Assembly (NCBI GenBank): GCA_002269645.1
Contig: NIVC01002176.1
Span: 62,001 to 126,000 of the forward strand
DNA: 64,000 nucleotides
DNA from: Macrostomum lignano
Lineage: Eukaryota
Direction: 5' to 3'
Below, piece after piece: positions 52,078 to 64,000 of the stretch. Both the position numbers and the translations under genes were made by a program. Below the pieces are notes generated by a model that ran no database searches, was not told the origin of the DNA, and worked only from the letters and a program-made list of their open reading frames with translations. The stretch's first letter is position 1, and the number at the start of each line of letters is the position of its first letter.

Positions 52078-55000
52078 AAGGTTGACAGATATTTTTAGAT
52101 TTCCAAGGCTTATTGGGGGCATTGCTGAGATGTCAAGGGGGGAAGTTGATATGTCAAAGCTTGTGGGGGGGAATTACTGACATGTCAAGGCTTACAAGGT
52201 TTGACAGGAGATTTTTTAAGATTTCAAGGATACATGTAGCTTATTAAAAAAACGTGTATTGCATTTATTTGGCTCCCCAACGGGGGGCATAGATTGCTAG
52301 TATATTACTATATAATGCAAATCAATTCATTTTGTACTTTATTGTAATGGGCAAATATCAATCAAGGAAACGTGATATCAATCTGTTAATTTAATTATTG
52401 TTCATAACAAAATACTAAAAATTTGCATTGCTTTTTTAATAAATCTAGATAAATCATACTTTTTAATCGTCAAGTTTCATTGGCAAAAAATACGTGTTAT
52501 TATAAATGTGCTCTAAACAAAGAACATATAGTATTTAGCTAATTGTCGCTGAAGTGATCCAAATATGTCGCCAAAGTGACTGTCACCGAAGTGACTGTCA
52601 CCGAAGTGACTTGTTGCCGAAGTGATTGTAATTCAAATAAAGCTATACACTCCTATGTGAGTGTGGGCCTGTGTACGTATCTGCGCACTTATATGCCTAC
52701 TCAAGGGAGTCGGTGGAATGGGCAATAATGCCTCTCGCCAGTTGTGTGCCTATGTCGCTTAAAGTGCACCAGGGTGCGTACAATCTACTAGCCTCTAATA
52801 AAAAAAATTACTCTTTTAATCTTTTGTATAAGAATCTTTGCATGGCCTTTTGAAGTACCTCTATATAATGTTACTGTGTCAGTAGGTTTTGGTAATTCTA
52901 TTTCAATAGGATTTTAGAAAAGTACAATAGGCTATGAAATAGTAAGATTGCCATTGGTATTTTGGCATTAAGCCCTATAACGCTATAATATAACATTATT
53001 TAAGATCTTTATTAATAAAAATATTAAAAAACATACATAAATATATATTTGTCCATTGTAATTATTATTAGATTACTTACTAGCTCATCGTCACAATGAT
53101 TTTGTCCTTGATTGCCTGCATTATTAGATTCCATATCAAGCCCAACCAACTGAAGATTGGCAGGCAGTTTTGGCAGATAGTTTAGCCTAGTCAATTAGCA
53201 GAGATTAAGTGTAAAGCTTTTAATTTTTTTGAATGCATGAAAACTATATAGCCAACCTAAATCTATGATTTCAATGGCTTCCAAATATACTGGTACAACT
53301 ATTTTTATTCAAGCACAAATATATAGCACTTTATAGTAGGCCTGTCAAGTCTATGGCTATAATGGGGCTATTCCTTTCGCATCTATGGTTTAGTTTATTT
53401 AAAGTAATGTAGAGAATTTTAATAAAATACAAAACGTTATTCTTTTTTATAAACTTATGCAGTAAGTGTGAGAATGAACCAGTAAATACGATGGATAAGG
53501 ATAATACTTTAGCAGGCTCTTTAAATTCGTATATTTAGAAATAGGGGCCCGGCGCAAAAATGTATCAAACAATAATATTTGAATTTTGGTCAAAGTAAAA
53601 CAAGTACCAGCTAAAACAATAGAAAAAGCAGCATTAGAACAGATGCAGTAAAATTTGGTAAAAAAAGTAACTTTTTAAACCAAAAACGGCAATCAAAAAA
53701 AACTATCAAGAACCTAGCACAACGCTATAAACGCTATAAACGCGCGCTATCAAAATGATGCCTAGGTGTTTTTTGAAAGAACCTAAATAGAACGTCGACA
53801 GGACATTTCATAGCCCTTTTGTCAAATAGTCATTGTGTCATTTTGTTCAACGGCAGAAAGTAGATGCGTGCGTGGTGATTTAAAAGTTAAACTGGAGTAC
53901 TCTGCTTTCTACTTGACTTAACATTCTGACTGGAAAACCTCTTGCGGGAAAAGCTCGCGCGGGCAAACAACCTTGGTGGGAAAATTCTTCCTCAATTCTC
54001 AAAACGCACATTTGAGAATAAACGTACAATTTTCAAAACGTACAAAATGTACAATTTTTACGTACATGAATATAGTACAGTTAACTAGTACATGTAGGTG
54101 TACGTGCACGATAATCTGCGGATTCGTTTTCTCTGTCTGCTGAATTTAAATGTCCTACCTCGTCCATGTACGCTTGTACATATAAAATATCATAAACCAG
54201 CCGTCCAAAACCGCTGGTTTTGCTATAATTTAAAAATGCCATTAAAGCTGGGTTCGCAGCGCGATCCCGTTATGGAGAGTCCAGCATGAGGATGCTGGGC
54301 GGTCGGGAACTGGGGCCGGAGATGATTTTGGGCCTCGTGGTCCCCGGCAGATCCAGATTTGCATGGGGCAGCCAATTTAAGCCAGGGGTAACTGGCGTCA
54401 GGCTGCGCCCAATGCAAGGACTGTAACTTATGATAATTAACACATTCCTGCTGCATGCACGCCTACCGGTGTAGACAATCGTGTTGAATCGACCTTTCGC
54501 CGCTATTCACTGGGGGCGCTTTCGGTTGCCTGCTTTATCAGTTTTGGCTCCTGTATCAGATTATGGCTTTCTAAATTTGCAATTTCCACTACGTTCTGAT
54601 TCTCACCCCCCCCCCCTAGCAAACGATGACGAGCCGTACTACTGGGTGATTACCACTACCCTAGATGACATTCTGTTTCTCAAACTTAGCAGATCTTGTG
54701 CCATTCTTAGCAGATCTTCTCAATCTGCTCGGTTCTTGCATTGCAGTATCTTCTAAGAAGGGACGTACATTTGTTTTGTCATTCATTGGCTAAAGTGTTC
54801 TAGCTGAACTCTAATTTGTTTCATGACAAAAATGGGACAACATATTTAAGAAGTATGCGATTTGAAGCTATAAATAAAAAAATATAAAAGTTAAGATCTT
54901 GTACGATGTAGCAAGTCGCTCAGATCTTGTAAGTTTACCTAAGTATCACAGCGAAGATCTTGCACGCTCTTGCAAGTACTTGCGCAGCAACCCAAGAAGA

Positions 55001-55859
55001 TCAGAAGCTCCTCTGACCGCGAATCAGTCCGTTTACAGTGATTTTTTTTATTTTACGAGGTAGACGAGATTTCATTGGATTATTGCCCATACTTGCCGTA
55101 ACCTCAGCACCTGGCGGGGCTCGGAGAGGTTAGATAGACAGGACTCGTTGGTCAAGCGTGGAGCAAATCAAAGAAGAGAAGAGTGCTCAAAACGAGATTA
55201 GGACATTTTAGAAGATGGAGTTCACCCTTTCCAAGTTGCAACGCCAATTTATCGTACTTATACATGTAACATCAACCTACTACGTGTATCTCTAGGTAAG
55301 ATAATACATTAATACCCCATGAATATATTTGCATACAAGCTTTAAAAGGCTCTAAGCTACGGTTAGCTAAAGTCTTGGTGATGTATATTGATCTAAAAAC
55401 TGCAAATACAGAAGCAGCTTAAAGGCGCAAGTGAGAAATTTGATGTTTGCTGTTGCTGAGAATCAGGGGTCTGAATTGTTTGGCTTTCATTGTTTCAACT
55501 TCCGGTGTGAAGCCTCGCTTTACCCAGCACAGCGAGGTGCCTGACTTACTCAGGCTGAAGTCACCCGATCTGCTTCCTTTGCTCCTGCTTTCTACTTGTA
55601 GAAGTTTTACAGGAAACTGGGGAAGTCAGAAAACGGATTTTTCGGTAGTAACATGCGTGTTAGGAAGACTTCCTGGTCGTTAGCTAGGAAGTAGAAAAAT
55701 TTCGTAAGATTTTGGTCGAAGTAAAAAAAGTTTTTCTTCTCATAAACTTGTCAAACTTTATTTATAGATTCTGTATTCGAGGTTTCATTTGACAAAAGAC
55801 AGGAGATCGAAAGCAAAAACAAACAATTCTTTAATAATATCAAATTGCAATTTTATTCA

Positions 55860-56900
55860 TCTTTGCGCGACATGTTTTGCCGAACAATCGGCATCTTCAG
55901 GCAATAATATAGATCATGCAGAGAGGATGTGGTAATTTTTTAGTAGCCTAGTAAGTCAACATGATGCAAGTATGGGTAGAAGAGTTAGATGGCCCTAAAT
56001 AAGAGGCAAGCGCATGGGGTCAGAACACCCTTAGATGGACACTGATCGCCCCTCTACCACCAAGTTGGATTGTTCATGGCGGGCTTTAGCTGTTTAATGT
56101 ACAACGCCTCAAGAATAGACAACTTCATACTCTGGCGGTTACAATCGATAATTTCAAATTTTTCAGCATGTCTAACTTCAGCGCATTGGTTGCACATCGA
56201 TTCCTCCGAGTCAATAAATCATATCCGACATCCTGCCAGAATCGGAGACCTGCTAGATTTAGACTTCGATCGCACAAAAGTCATGCGATATATGATGATG
56301 AATATCGGCTTCTCCAGCATGACGGAACGCGATCGAGTGCTGCTTAGCGCAGACCTGGGTCTGGTGGCAACACACTTGATGGCACCAATCAAAATGATAA
56401 AAGCGACAGTGCCTAAAAAGCAAGCACCGCCACCGGTCTGTAGCAGCTGCGAGAGTACTAACTCAATGCCGCTCATCAGTGCCACAGGCGCTCACAGCTG
56501 CACTCCAAAATCCGAGCCAAAAGCCGATGGAGACTCGGACCAATTTAAAAAAAAACAGCGTCTCAGGTGAGGGCTTAAGACTCAAGCCTGCCGCCGGGCC
56601 ACCCTGCTATGCCCTAACGCGTGAGCTGTCCTCAAATGAACCGAGTTGAACAGAGTCGATTGAAGAAGAGGCTGTTAAATCCTGTTTGCAGAAGCTGATA
56701 GGCAAGTTAAAATTTGCGTCGGGAGAGTTTTCCTCCGAGCTCTAATCGACAATGTCAACGAACTTCATTGGCCTCATGACAGGGGGGTTCTTGTGAGCCG
56801 CTCTGTGTTTCACCACCTCTCCTGATGGCGAGACGAGACGGTGTGTTGGATTCTGAGGCGAGGTGTCTCCAAGATTCGCGACTGATGTGGTTGCTGCAGT
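55860..56900 (-). mobile_element. Decayed Penelope-like element with a degenerate hammerhead (55867-55902)
   Basis: EKFEIID..LSILEALYIKQLKPAMN (GIY-YIG tail, ~56065-56170) upstream of CUGAAGA-UGCCG-AUUGUU-CGGC-AAAA-CAUG-UC. The upstream limit is uncertain. Confidence 0.6.
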
Positions 56901-57619
56901 CTGCTGCGTTGCTCTGTCGTGCGTGTTGACGTTAAATTTAAGGTGTTTTACGTTCCTGGTGTCTATATATCACCAGGATTCTCTTTTCTGAATACCAGGT
57001 TCTCCTTAGTTGCTTAGTTTTGTTTTCTTTGCGTTTATGAATGACCCTCTGGAAATTTACCCCGCTGAGTTTTCGGATCATGCGTTTTCTACGCACACAT
57101 AAACATATGCGAATATATACATGCATACATATGCGAAGAATCAAGAATAGTAAAAACGTTACATGCTAAACAATGGACTGACTACTATTCAATTCTAACA
57201 AGATTGTTTTTGCATAAAATAGACAAAAATCAGTTTTTACTCATGCTCATGTAGAACCTTAGCCAAAGTAAGGTTCTCCAACAAAAAGGTGCGCAGTAAT
57301 TTGGATTCGAACATGCTACTTCAACTCGACGATAACTCTTGACTGAAACTTTTGTCAAGAGACACAAAATGTATAACAACGATCAGAGTGGATTCATGCG
57401 GGTACTACCAGGTAAGGCTACTACGAAAAGATAAGTTTATAATAATAAAAATGATCGCAGGAGGGCTGCGGACAGTCTGGCGATATCCGTGAGATCGTCT
57501 CACTACCAGGGCTGAGGCAATAGGCCCATTCCAATGACTCCTGACCACGTGCAAGCTTGCAGATACTGCGCGCAGGAACACACTAACACATAAGCTCACA
57601 CAGGTGGTACAGTGGCGAT

Positions 57620-57770
57620 AAAATGTACTCGTCAGGCATGTGCACTCTTTCTGCCTTGGAGATTGGCCCTCATTGATGTGAATCGCACGATCCGACCGCC
57701 CCGTGGTCCGAATTGTGGCCCGTGCACGGAATTGAACCGCGAACTGAGCTACACTCTAACAAGACAAGCA
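57620..57770 (-). mobile_element. tRNA-derived SINE fragment
   Basis: GTAGCTCAGTT..GGTTCAATTCC (A and B boxes, anticodon arm missing), followed by the GTGCACATGCCTGACGA body motif. Confidence 0.45.
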
Positions 57771-57970
57771 GCTACACTTAGTACGAGCTTACTTGCAATT
57801 TCGTCCCCAGGAATCTATAATGTGTATCCTTTAGACAGACGCATGAGTCGTTTCATGTCAGTTCCAGGATTTATTGTTTATTGAAAACCCAATTTAAAAC
57901 CAAAAAGCAACTTGATTATTTCGCACAGAAAAACCTTTAAAGTACCAAGCTTGTAAGGAGCGAAATGATA

Positions 57971-59556
57971 TCAGGTGAGCATGAGAATCTCCAGCTGCTT
58001 GAAGCTGTAATAGAACCCGTCAGTAATGTTTTTGGGAGAATTTGAAGCCCAAATTATGCCCTTGGCTCGGTTTGCATCTCCAACATCCAGCGCTGTCGGG
58101 TAGTTGAAGTACTTGCCGAACGGACCTGAGGCATGGCAGCATGTGTGCCAGTGAGGCTGCTCAAATTTAACTGCACAATTTACTGAATTGACTGCACAAC
58201 CGGACAATCCGTAATCTCGGGTGACGAACTGCCGGTTCAAGCCTGGGAACAGGCAGTCTCCAAGGCCTCCAGCAGGCTCAAACGTGAATTCAGACACCGT
58301 GTAGTTGGTGCTCTCGGCCAGAATGAGCACGTTCAGGTAGTAGGCGTAGATGTAGGTGTCGTTCCAGTACAGCAGGTCGACGCGGAACCGGTTGCTGCTG
58401 GGCTGAGCGCTGGTCCGGGCGTGCAGCCACTCCAGGCCTGTTCGTAATTTTTTTCACGATAGGGCTGTCATTCTGACAACAATCTGTTGTGCTGTTTCTG
58501 CAAGTCTACGGTGCTGTATAACTAAAGAAATTCCAGGAGTTACTATCCAATAAGGAAAAACTGACAATTAATGATGAGGTTATGATCAATCAAAAATTTA
58601 AAACCGTTCATTCTATTCGATACTGATAATCTCTTCCTTCTTACCAGCAAACTCACCAACAAAGTAGTTGCCGTGATAAGTGCCGAAGCCGGTCTTGTAC
58701 TCGGCCCAGAGCCGGTCGAAGCTCAGCGCGTCCGACACTCGCAGGTTGACGGTCTCGAAGCACTGCTGAGTGCCCACAGTGTGAAACTCCTGAGTTGGAA
58801 ATTCAAACGATTTATTAGATCGGCTATCCATAAAAGTGCATAAATGATGTCAGAAATCCAGCACTGCTTCCCAACACTCACATGGACCGCTAGCTCAGAG
58901 CTGTTCGAAGGCTGCTCGAACCAGCGGCACAGCGGGTAGTCGGTGAGCAGAGAGCAGTTGCTGGAGTTGAACACAATCCCACGACAGGGCGGAACCTCGC
59001 TGCACTTGGCAACGCAGCCAATGAGCGATGAGACAGCCGGCTGGTGCTGAAGGAATGCGGCGAAGATCTTCACCGAGTTGTTGGGAACGTGGACCCGCTT
59101 GTGAGTCACGTTCTGAGCCACCAAGTACTCTGAAGTGTCAAGACTATGGAATCAACTTGTGCTAGAAAGTAAAAGTACGAGCTTAGTTGCGAATGGAACT
59201 CCGGTCTCACCAGTCCAGAAGCTGCTCAACCTGTCGCTGGAGGCCAGACCGGACTGTCCACCACATGACGAATTCCAGCCGAGCAGCGCGGTCTCCGCAG
59301 TGAACAGTCGGCACTCACCGAGCTGCTCGACGCCATCAGCGGTGCTGGCAGCATCCAAGGTCAGAGCTGCGCACCAGAACTGCTTGACGCAGAGCATCGC
59401 GCACTGCTGCTTGGTGACCGGCTGCAGAGACCGCCACCCGGAGCTGGGGTCCGCTGGGCAGCCGGGGAACCTCGTGAGCTTGAGCGACGGCTGCTGGCAG
59501 CCTGAGCTGTACGACAGAGCCACCAGGCTCAGAAACGTCAGAATTAAAAAATTCAT
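57971..59556 (-). CDS. Secreted PAN-PAN-fibrinogen-related domain (FReD) protein (exons 59556-59211, 59129-58882, 58789-58657, 58437-57971; 397 aa)
   Basis: Signal peptide; two PAN patterns (QQCAMLCVKQFWCAALT..CRLF; IGCVAKCSEVPPCRGIVFNSSNCSL); FReD SFDRLWAEYKTGFG..NYFVGLEWLH..RFRVDL. 346+248+133+467 = 1194 nt with consistent phases. Confidence 0.9.
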
Positions 59557-60104
59557 TTTCGACCTTAGCTATACGGTAGGGCAAAAACTTTTTGATGGTT
59601 TTTCCTGCAGTCAAAGCATCTGAATGCAAGGCAGTTCTAGCCGTTTTATTGGGTGAAAAAGTGCTCAGCTGCTGCTTGTTTGTGGGGTGAATTTTAATTG
59701 GCTAAATCAGACTCGAAGCGCTTACGCTACTGGATCCCATCTGCTCATTGGCCAAAGGGAAACTGAAATATGAAAATTCATTCTACTCCGCTGCACAAAG
59801 TATGGAAAGGTAGACTTGCAAGGTAATTTCTGATTCAGTAATTTTTTCGATTTGGAGCCAATTTTATCTAAATATAACAAAATACTCGCGTCTAATAGTC
59901 TAGTGAAAATTTTCAATACTTTGCTCACCGATGATAAACAGACAGACGGCGGCATCCATAGAATACGAAAACGCCTGCTGGTTTTCGTTATAAAATTATT
60001 TCAACTGTGAGCTGAGGAGGATAAATGGAAGGTTGTAAGGGAAATATTTCGCACCATTTTACCGTATTAAGCAGCTATATTTACCTTTTGTTGATATTTT
60101 TGTA

Positions 60105-60433
60105 GGAGGTTGTAGCCTGCGGTTAGAGCGTCGTACTCACGACTTGAAGGTCGTGAGACAATTGAAGCAATCTGTGTCCTTCAGCAAGAAACGCAACTCT
60201 GCATTGCTTCAGTTCATCCATCAGTAAAATGGGTGTCAGCGTTAGCCAGCTGGTGGGGTTATTGAGGGTGTGTGACTGTGTGAGTGTGGCGAACCCCCCC
60301 CCCCCCCCCAGGCATTGGGCTGAACACTTAACAGCCGTACGCAACCTTCAGGTGGGCCGTGCAATGGCTTCGGCTGAGCTGTCGGTTGCACATCTAGCCC
60401 AATTGGGGCAGGCGTAATGTGTTATTATTATTA
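60105..60433 (+). mobile_element. CORE-type tRNA SINE, second copy, with (TTA)n tail
   Basis: Collinear with the reverse complement of 30512-30821. Confidence 0.8.
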
Positions 60434-60629
60434 ATATTTATGTTCAGAAAATTTCAAAGCGTCAACTTTAATAAATTAATAAGACATGATTGATAACATC
60501 AAAATTTTAAATGCTTGTAGTTGGCTGATAGTAGTATGAGGCAACGCTGCTTACCCATTTATTTAGTCAATAAAAATTAATGAAGAATTATAGGCGCAAG
60601 TACGAAAGTACATGAAGTTGATTCGACGC

Positions 60630-60920
60630 TTTACCAATCCATGCACGTGCCATTCAAACACGTTCGACTGTTAAAAGTGGCGTAGCCTGACCATCGCGTC
60701 AACTGCGGTGAATTTGTCCCAATTGTTTTTAGGAAAATAACCTTCTGCACTGTTGCTAAAGAGCTAGGAGTCAAGAAATTGCCTAGAATGCAACGGCCGT
60801 TGAGAATTTGAGAAGACAATGTCTTGTACTTCCACCTTAACGATCCAAATATCGTGTTTAAAGCACGCTTAAGACATTCCAAAATATCCTCGTCAGTCAC
60901 CTGCACCGAAACACCCCACA
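60630..60920 (-). CDS. Possible exon(s) of an unidentified small gene
   Basis: Open frame (VTDEDILECLKRALNTIFG...) with plausible AG/GT sites; no family recognised. Confidence 0.25.
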
Positions 60921-62239
60921 GCCGCTGGATAACTTAATTTCTCAGATTAGAGTACTTTTTTAATTATTTTTACCACCCATGCAAGACTTTCTTCCAAAGC
61001 ATTGATCAGACTGAACTTTCATGCAGGTAAATTCTTTTTTGTATAATTTTTTTACATCAAATAATTATCAATATATACGAGCGTAATAACGTGCAGCACT
61101 GTTCTGCTCAAGTGTACAAATCCGGTCTAATTCAGCCAATATAATTTGGCGCATTTTGGCGGAGTTTAACGTCACTTAAATCGTAGGGTGCGCGGTCACA
61201 CCCAACGACGCCGAAGAGTAGCGAAAAACGACCAGAAGTCAACTTGCATCAACTTGTACTGTACAGCAGGTCTTAATGAAACTCACAAATCATATTTGAG
61301 AATATGAGAATGAATGCGAACATTTATTCTGTAGGTTGAATCTCATCTGGTTGAAAGCCAGCATTACCGTGCATGTACGAGCTAGCTAAAGCTCCAGGCT
61401 AATACATTTTACTAGCATCAAATGAACTTCACTGCTTCTAAAATTGGTCCGTTTAAGTGTACAGTGTGGCAGGTGTCTTTGTGTTACGAATTTAGATCGA
61501 TTATTTAATTAATAATGAACGATGTCGATGCAGCGCGTGCTGAGAGTTTATTTCAATCAAATCACAATAATAATAATCTACTCTTAATATTATAGATAGC
61601 AACGAGCGTACCATAGTACTCGTAGTATTGCAATGAGAAAATGTGAGGGAAGGAGAGCGAGAGGAAGAATACATTTTATATACTGCTAGATATTTCTATG
61701 AATCATACGGTAAAACAAAAAATACGTTAATGCTAAATAAGAAAGTAAGATTTAAGTATAATGTGGAAGGAGATTACGAATATTAAGCTGTACGATACAA
61801 AAAAAGAAAAAAGGTGAAATAAAGGAAGTGACATCGTTACATTTGTATCTGAGTAGCTTTTTCATGAGTGAATTTTATTTGGTAGGTAGCATCGACTGAA
61901 ATGTATTGAAGAGCTTTTGTTTGATTCAAACGAAATATTCTGCCTTTCGGCTGACTGTTGCGAAGAAATTTACGATTCTTACAAAGTTACATGTAGAAGA
62001 TTAGGAGAGAGACGCCAGTTCAGGTGCAGCAGAATTCAAAACGGGAATTATTAGGCAAAAATGAGTTAAAAAGAGAATTGAAAATACAAAAGGAATAATA
62101 AAGTTATTCATGTAGGCCTTTGCGAAACAGTTTCAGCAGCAAGAAATGCCAAAGAGGCTGCTTAACGTTTGCTGATTGACTGGCGAAAAGGGGCTGCAGG
62201 TGGGTTGGGTCAGAGGAATATTGCGATGAAATCCTCAAC

Positions 62240-62730
62240 TCATATGAGTTTCCACGCTTCAAGGTGAGTGTTCGAAACCCAAATGAGTTTCCATGCTTCC
62301 GGGTGAGTGTTCGAAACCCAAATGAGTTTCCATGCTTCCGGGTGAGTGTTCGAAACCCAAATGAGTTTCCATGCTTCCGGGTGAGTGTTCGAAACCCAAA
62401 TGAGTTTCCACGCTTCAAGGTGAGTGTTCGAAACCCAAATGAGTTTCCACGCTTCAGGGTGAGCGTCCGCAACCCAAATGAGTTTCCATGATTCAGGTTG
62501 AGTATCCGCAACCCAAATGAGTTTCCATGATTCAGATTGAGTATCCGCAACCCCAATGAGTTTCCATGATTCTGGTTGAGCGTCCGCAACCCAATTGAGT
62601 TTCCATGATTCAGGTGGAGTATCCGAAACCCAAATGAGTTTCCATGATTCTGGTTGAGCGTCCGCAACCCAATTGAGTTTCCATGATTCTGGTGGAGTAT
62701 CCGAAACCCTAATGAGTTTCAATGATTCAG
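62240..62730. repeat. 39-bp minisatellite (GTGAGTGTTCGAAACCCAAATGAGTTTCCATGCTTCCGG), ~12 copies with a divergence gradient
   Basis: Direct tandem repetition. Confidence 0.95.
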
Positions 62731-63188
62731 AGTCTAGAAGGAAAACTCTTTTAAAGAACAAAAGATCGTCCGCTTTTTCATGTTTTTTAGCGCCAGTCTG
62801 CCGCAAATTTCCAGTGCATGAATCATTGTTTGAGTGCAAACTGACAACTTAAAAGAACGACTTAAACATGACGAGTTAAGGAAAAAAATGGTACAGTTGC
62901 GGCGTGGGGACCAACAGCTGAAAGCTACCAGATATCTTGTTTGATTCAGGTAAACCAAAGAACCTCGTTTGCGACTGAAAAGTCTGGATAATTATTTACA
63001 TTGCAAGGAATCGATGAGCAGCTCGATTTACGAGTAAAAAGCCAGGACCGCTGCTGACACTGCAGAAATTGCCATTGAAGCCTACATGTGCACAACCTTT
63101 CACCATACTGGTTCTGTGAGTTTACTCTCGTTCAATAAGATTTGAAGTCAGAGAACCCTATGATCAACAATTAAACCCAATACAAAAC

Positions 63189-63649
63189 TCAAGTCAGCAT
63201 GAGAATCTCCAGCTGCTTGAAGCTGTAGTAGTGCCCGTCAGTGATGTTATTTGGAGCATTTGAAGCCCAAACGATGCCCTTGGCTCGGTCTGCAGCTGAC
63301 ACATTCAGGGCTGTCGGGTAGTTGAAGTACTTGCCGAATGGACCTGAGGCATGGCAGCATGCGTGCCACTGAGGCTGGTACATTTGGGCACAGTTCTGTC
63401 CATAACTGCAGGTACTCAAGCCACGATCTCGAGTCTGAAACTGGATGTTCTTGCCACCGAAAAAGTCCTGCTGAAGACCTCTAGCAGGCTCAAACGTGAA
63501 TTCGGACACCGTGTAGTTGGTGCTCTCGGCCAGAATGAGCACGTTCAGGTAGTAGGCGTAGATGAAGGTGTCGTTCCAATACAGCAGGTCGACGCGGAAC
63601 CGGTTGTTGCTGGGCTGAGCGCTGGTCCGGGCGTGCAGCCACTCCAGGC
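63189..63649 (-). CDS. Last exon of a second FReD paralog (upstream exons lie beyond the window)
   Basis: Same acceptor phase and GLEWLHARTSAQP..FKQLEILMLT* frame as 58437-57971. Confidence 0.85.
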
Positions 63650-64000
63650 CTATTTGTGAGAAAATTTACATGGCTTGCTTTAAAATTTCCCATCAGAATT
63701 AATAAGCATCGCCTGCTTGATTTTGATTTTGTTCCTATGTAAACACAGTGTGTCCCCATTTATCTCATATAAACTGCCAAAGCAAAGCTTTTACACAGCT
63801 ACTTAAGATGCACAAGGCAAACACATTTGGTCTTTGACAAACGAGAATATTTCATGTTCCCGCTTGCCTCATCTTCATCAGATAAGTAGAGCTTTTAATA
63901 TTCTAATATCCTATTTTAATATAGGAAAAGAAATCTAAAAGATTTGAACATGCAGAGTACTTTTAGTGTAGCTTAGCGGAGTGTACTTTTACGAGTAGCT

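Larger units (their letters stand above)
48458..52634 (+). mobile_element. Non-autonomous Mutator-like (MULE) DNA transposon, 4177 bp; TSD AAATAAAG
   Basis: AAATAAAG at 48450-48457 and 52635-52642. Imperfect ~65-75 bp TIRs built from GTCACTTCGGCGACA subrepeats. Transposase tail at ~48985-49290 (TWIQS..VYKKATRTNNDIESFHNRLN..FYLLVKLLHNE..LRRLQRKKY..LWLEY), frameshifted. Confidence 0.85.
48265..52800 (+). mobile_element. SINE family 2 copy split by the MULE insertion (48265-48457 and 52635-52800)
   Basis: The two halves join to match the uninterrupted copy at 478-750 (reverse complement). Confidence 0.65.

Noticed and set aside
62104-62839. ORFs of 187 and 199 aa
   Set aside because: Products of the 39-bp repeat; no support as genes.

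Overview
Eukaryotic, intron-rich, repeat-dense animal DNA. No prokaryotic operons, CRISPR arrays, rRNA genes or true tRNA genes were found. Codon style, TTAGGG tracts, long ATCT/GTCT microsatellites and the transposon mix suggest a free-living flatworm such as Macrostomum (inference). Host genes reconstructed by hand from splice sites: a tensin-like SH2-PTB gene (+, firm from 8863 to 12961); two paralogous secreted PAN/apple + C-type lectin genes (-; 6933-8037 nested in a tensin intron with one nonsense codon, 22307-23516 intact); an MFSD4-like MFS transporter (+, 27426-35029, one frameshift, one GC-AG intron); a low-complexity Q/P/S/R-rich protein (-, 39089-41839); a secreted PAN-PAN-fibrinogen-domain gene (-, 57971-59556) and the last exon of a paralog (63189-63649). 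Mobile DNA includes a nest at 15.4-21.7 kb (RTE LINE, Ngaro/DIRS element interrupted by a young gag-protease-only Gypsy element with 197-bp LTRs and ATCAG TSD, RNase H LINE), tRNA-derived SINEs, a Mutator-like element carrying telomeric repeats, and Penelope-like elements with hammerhead ribozymes. Most notable: (1) a ~6.7-kb domain (about 42.2-48.9 kb) with C-to-T hypermutation at both CpG and CpA, resembling fungal RIP; (2) a possible RNA-virus nucleoprotein fragment inside it; (3) a Penelope hammerhead whose inverted twin has the G5A core mutation; (4) duplicated PAN-plus-recognition-domain genes that diverge mainly at their predicted ligand-binding loops.
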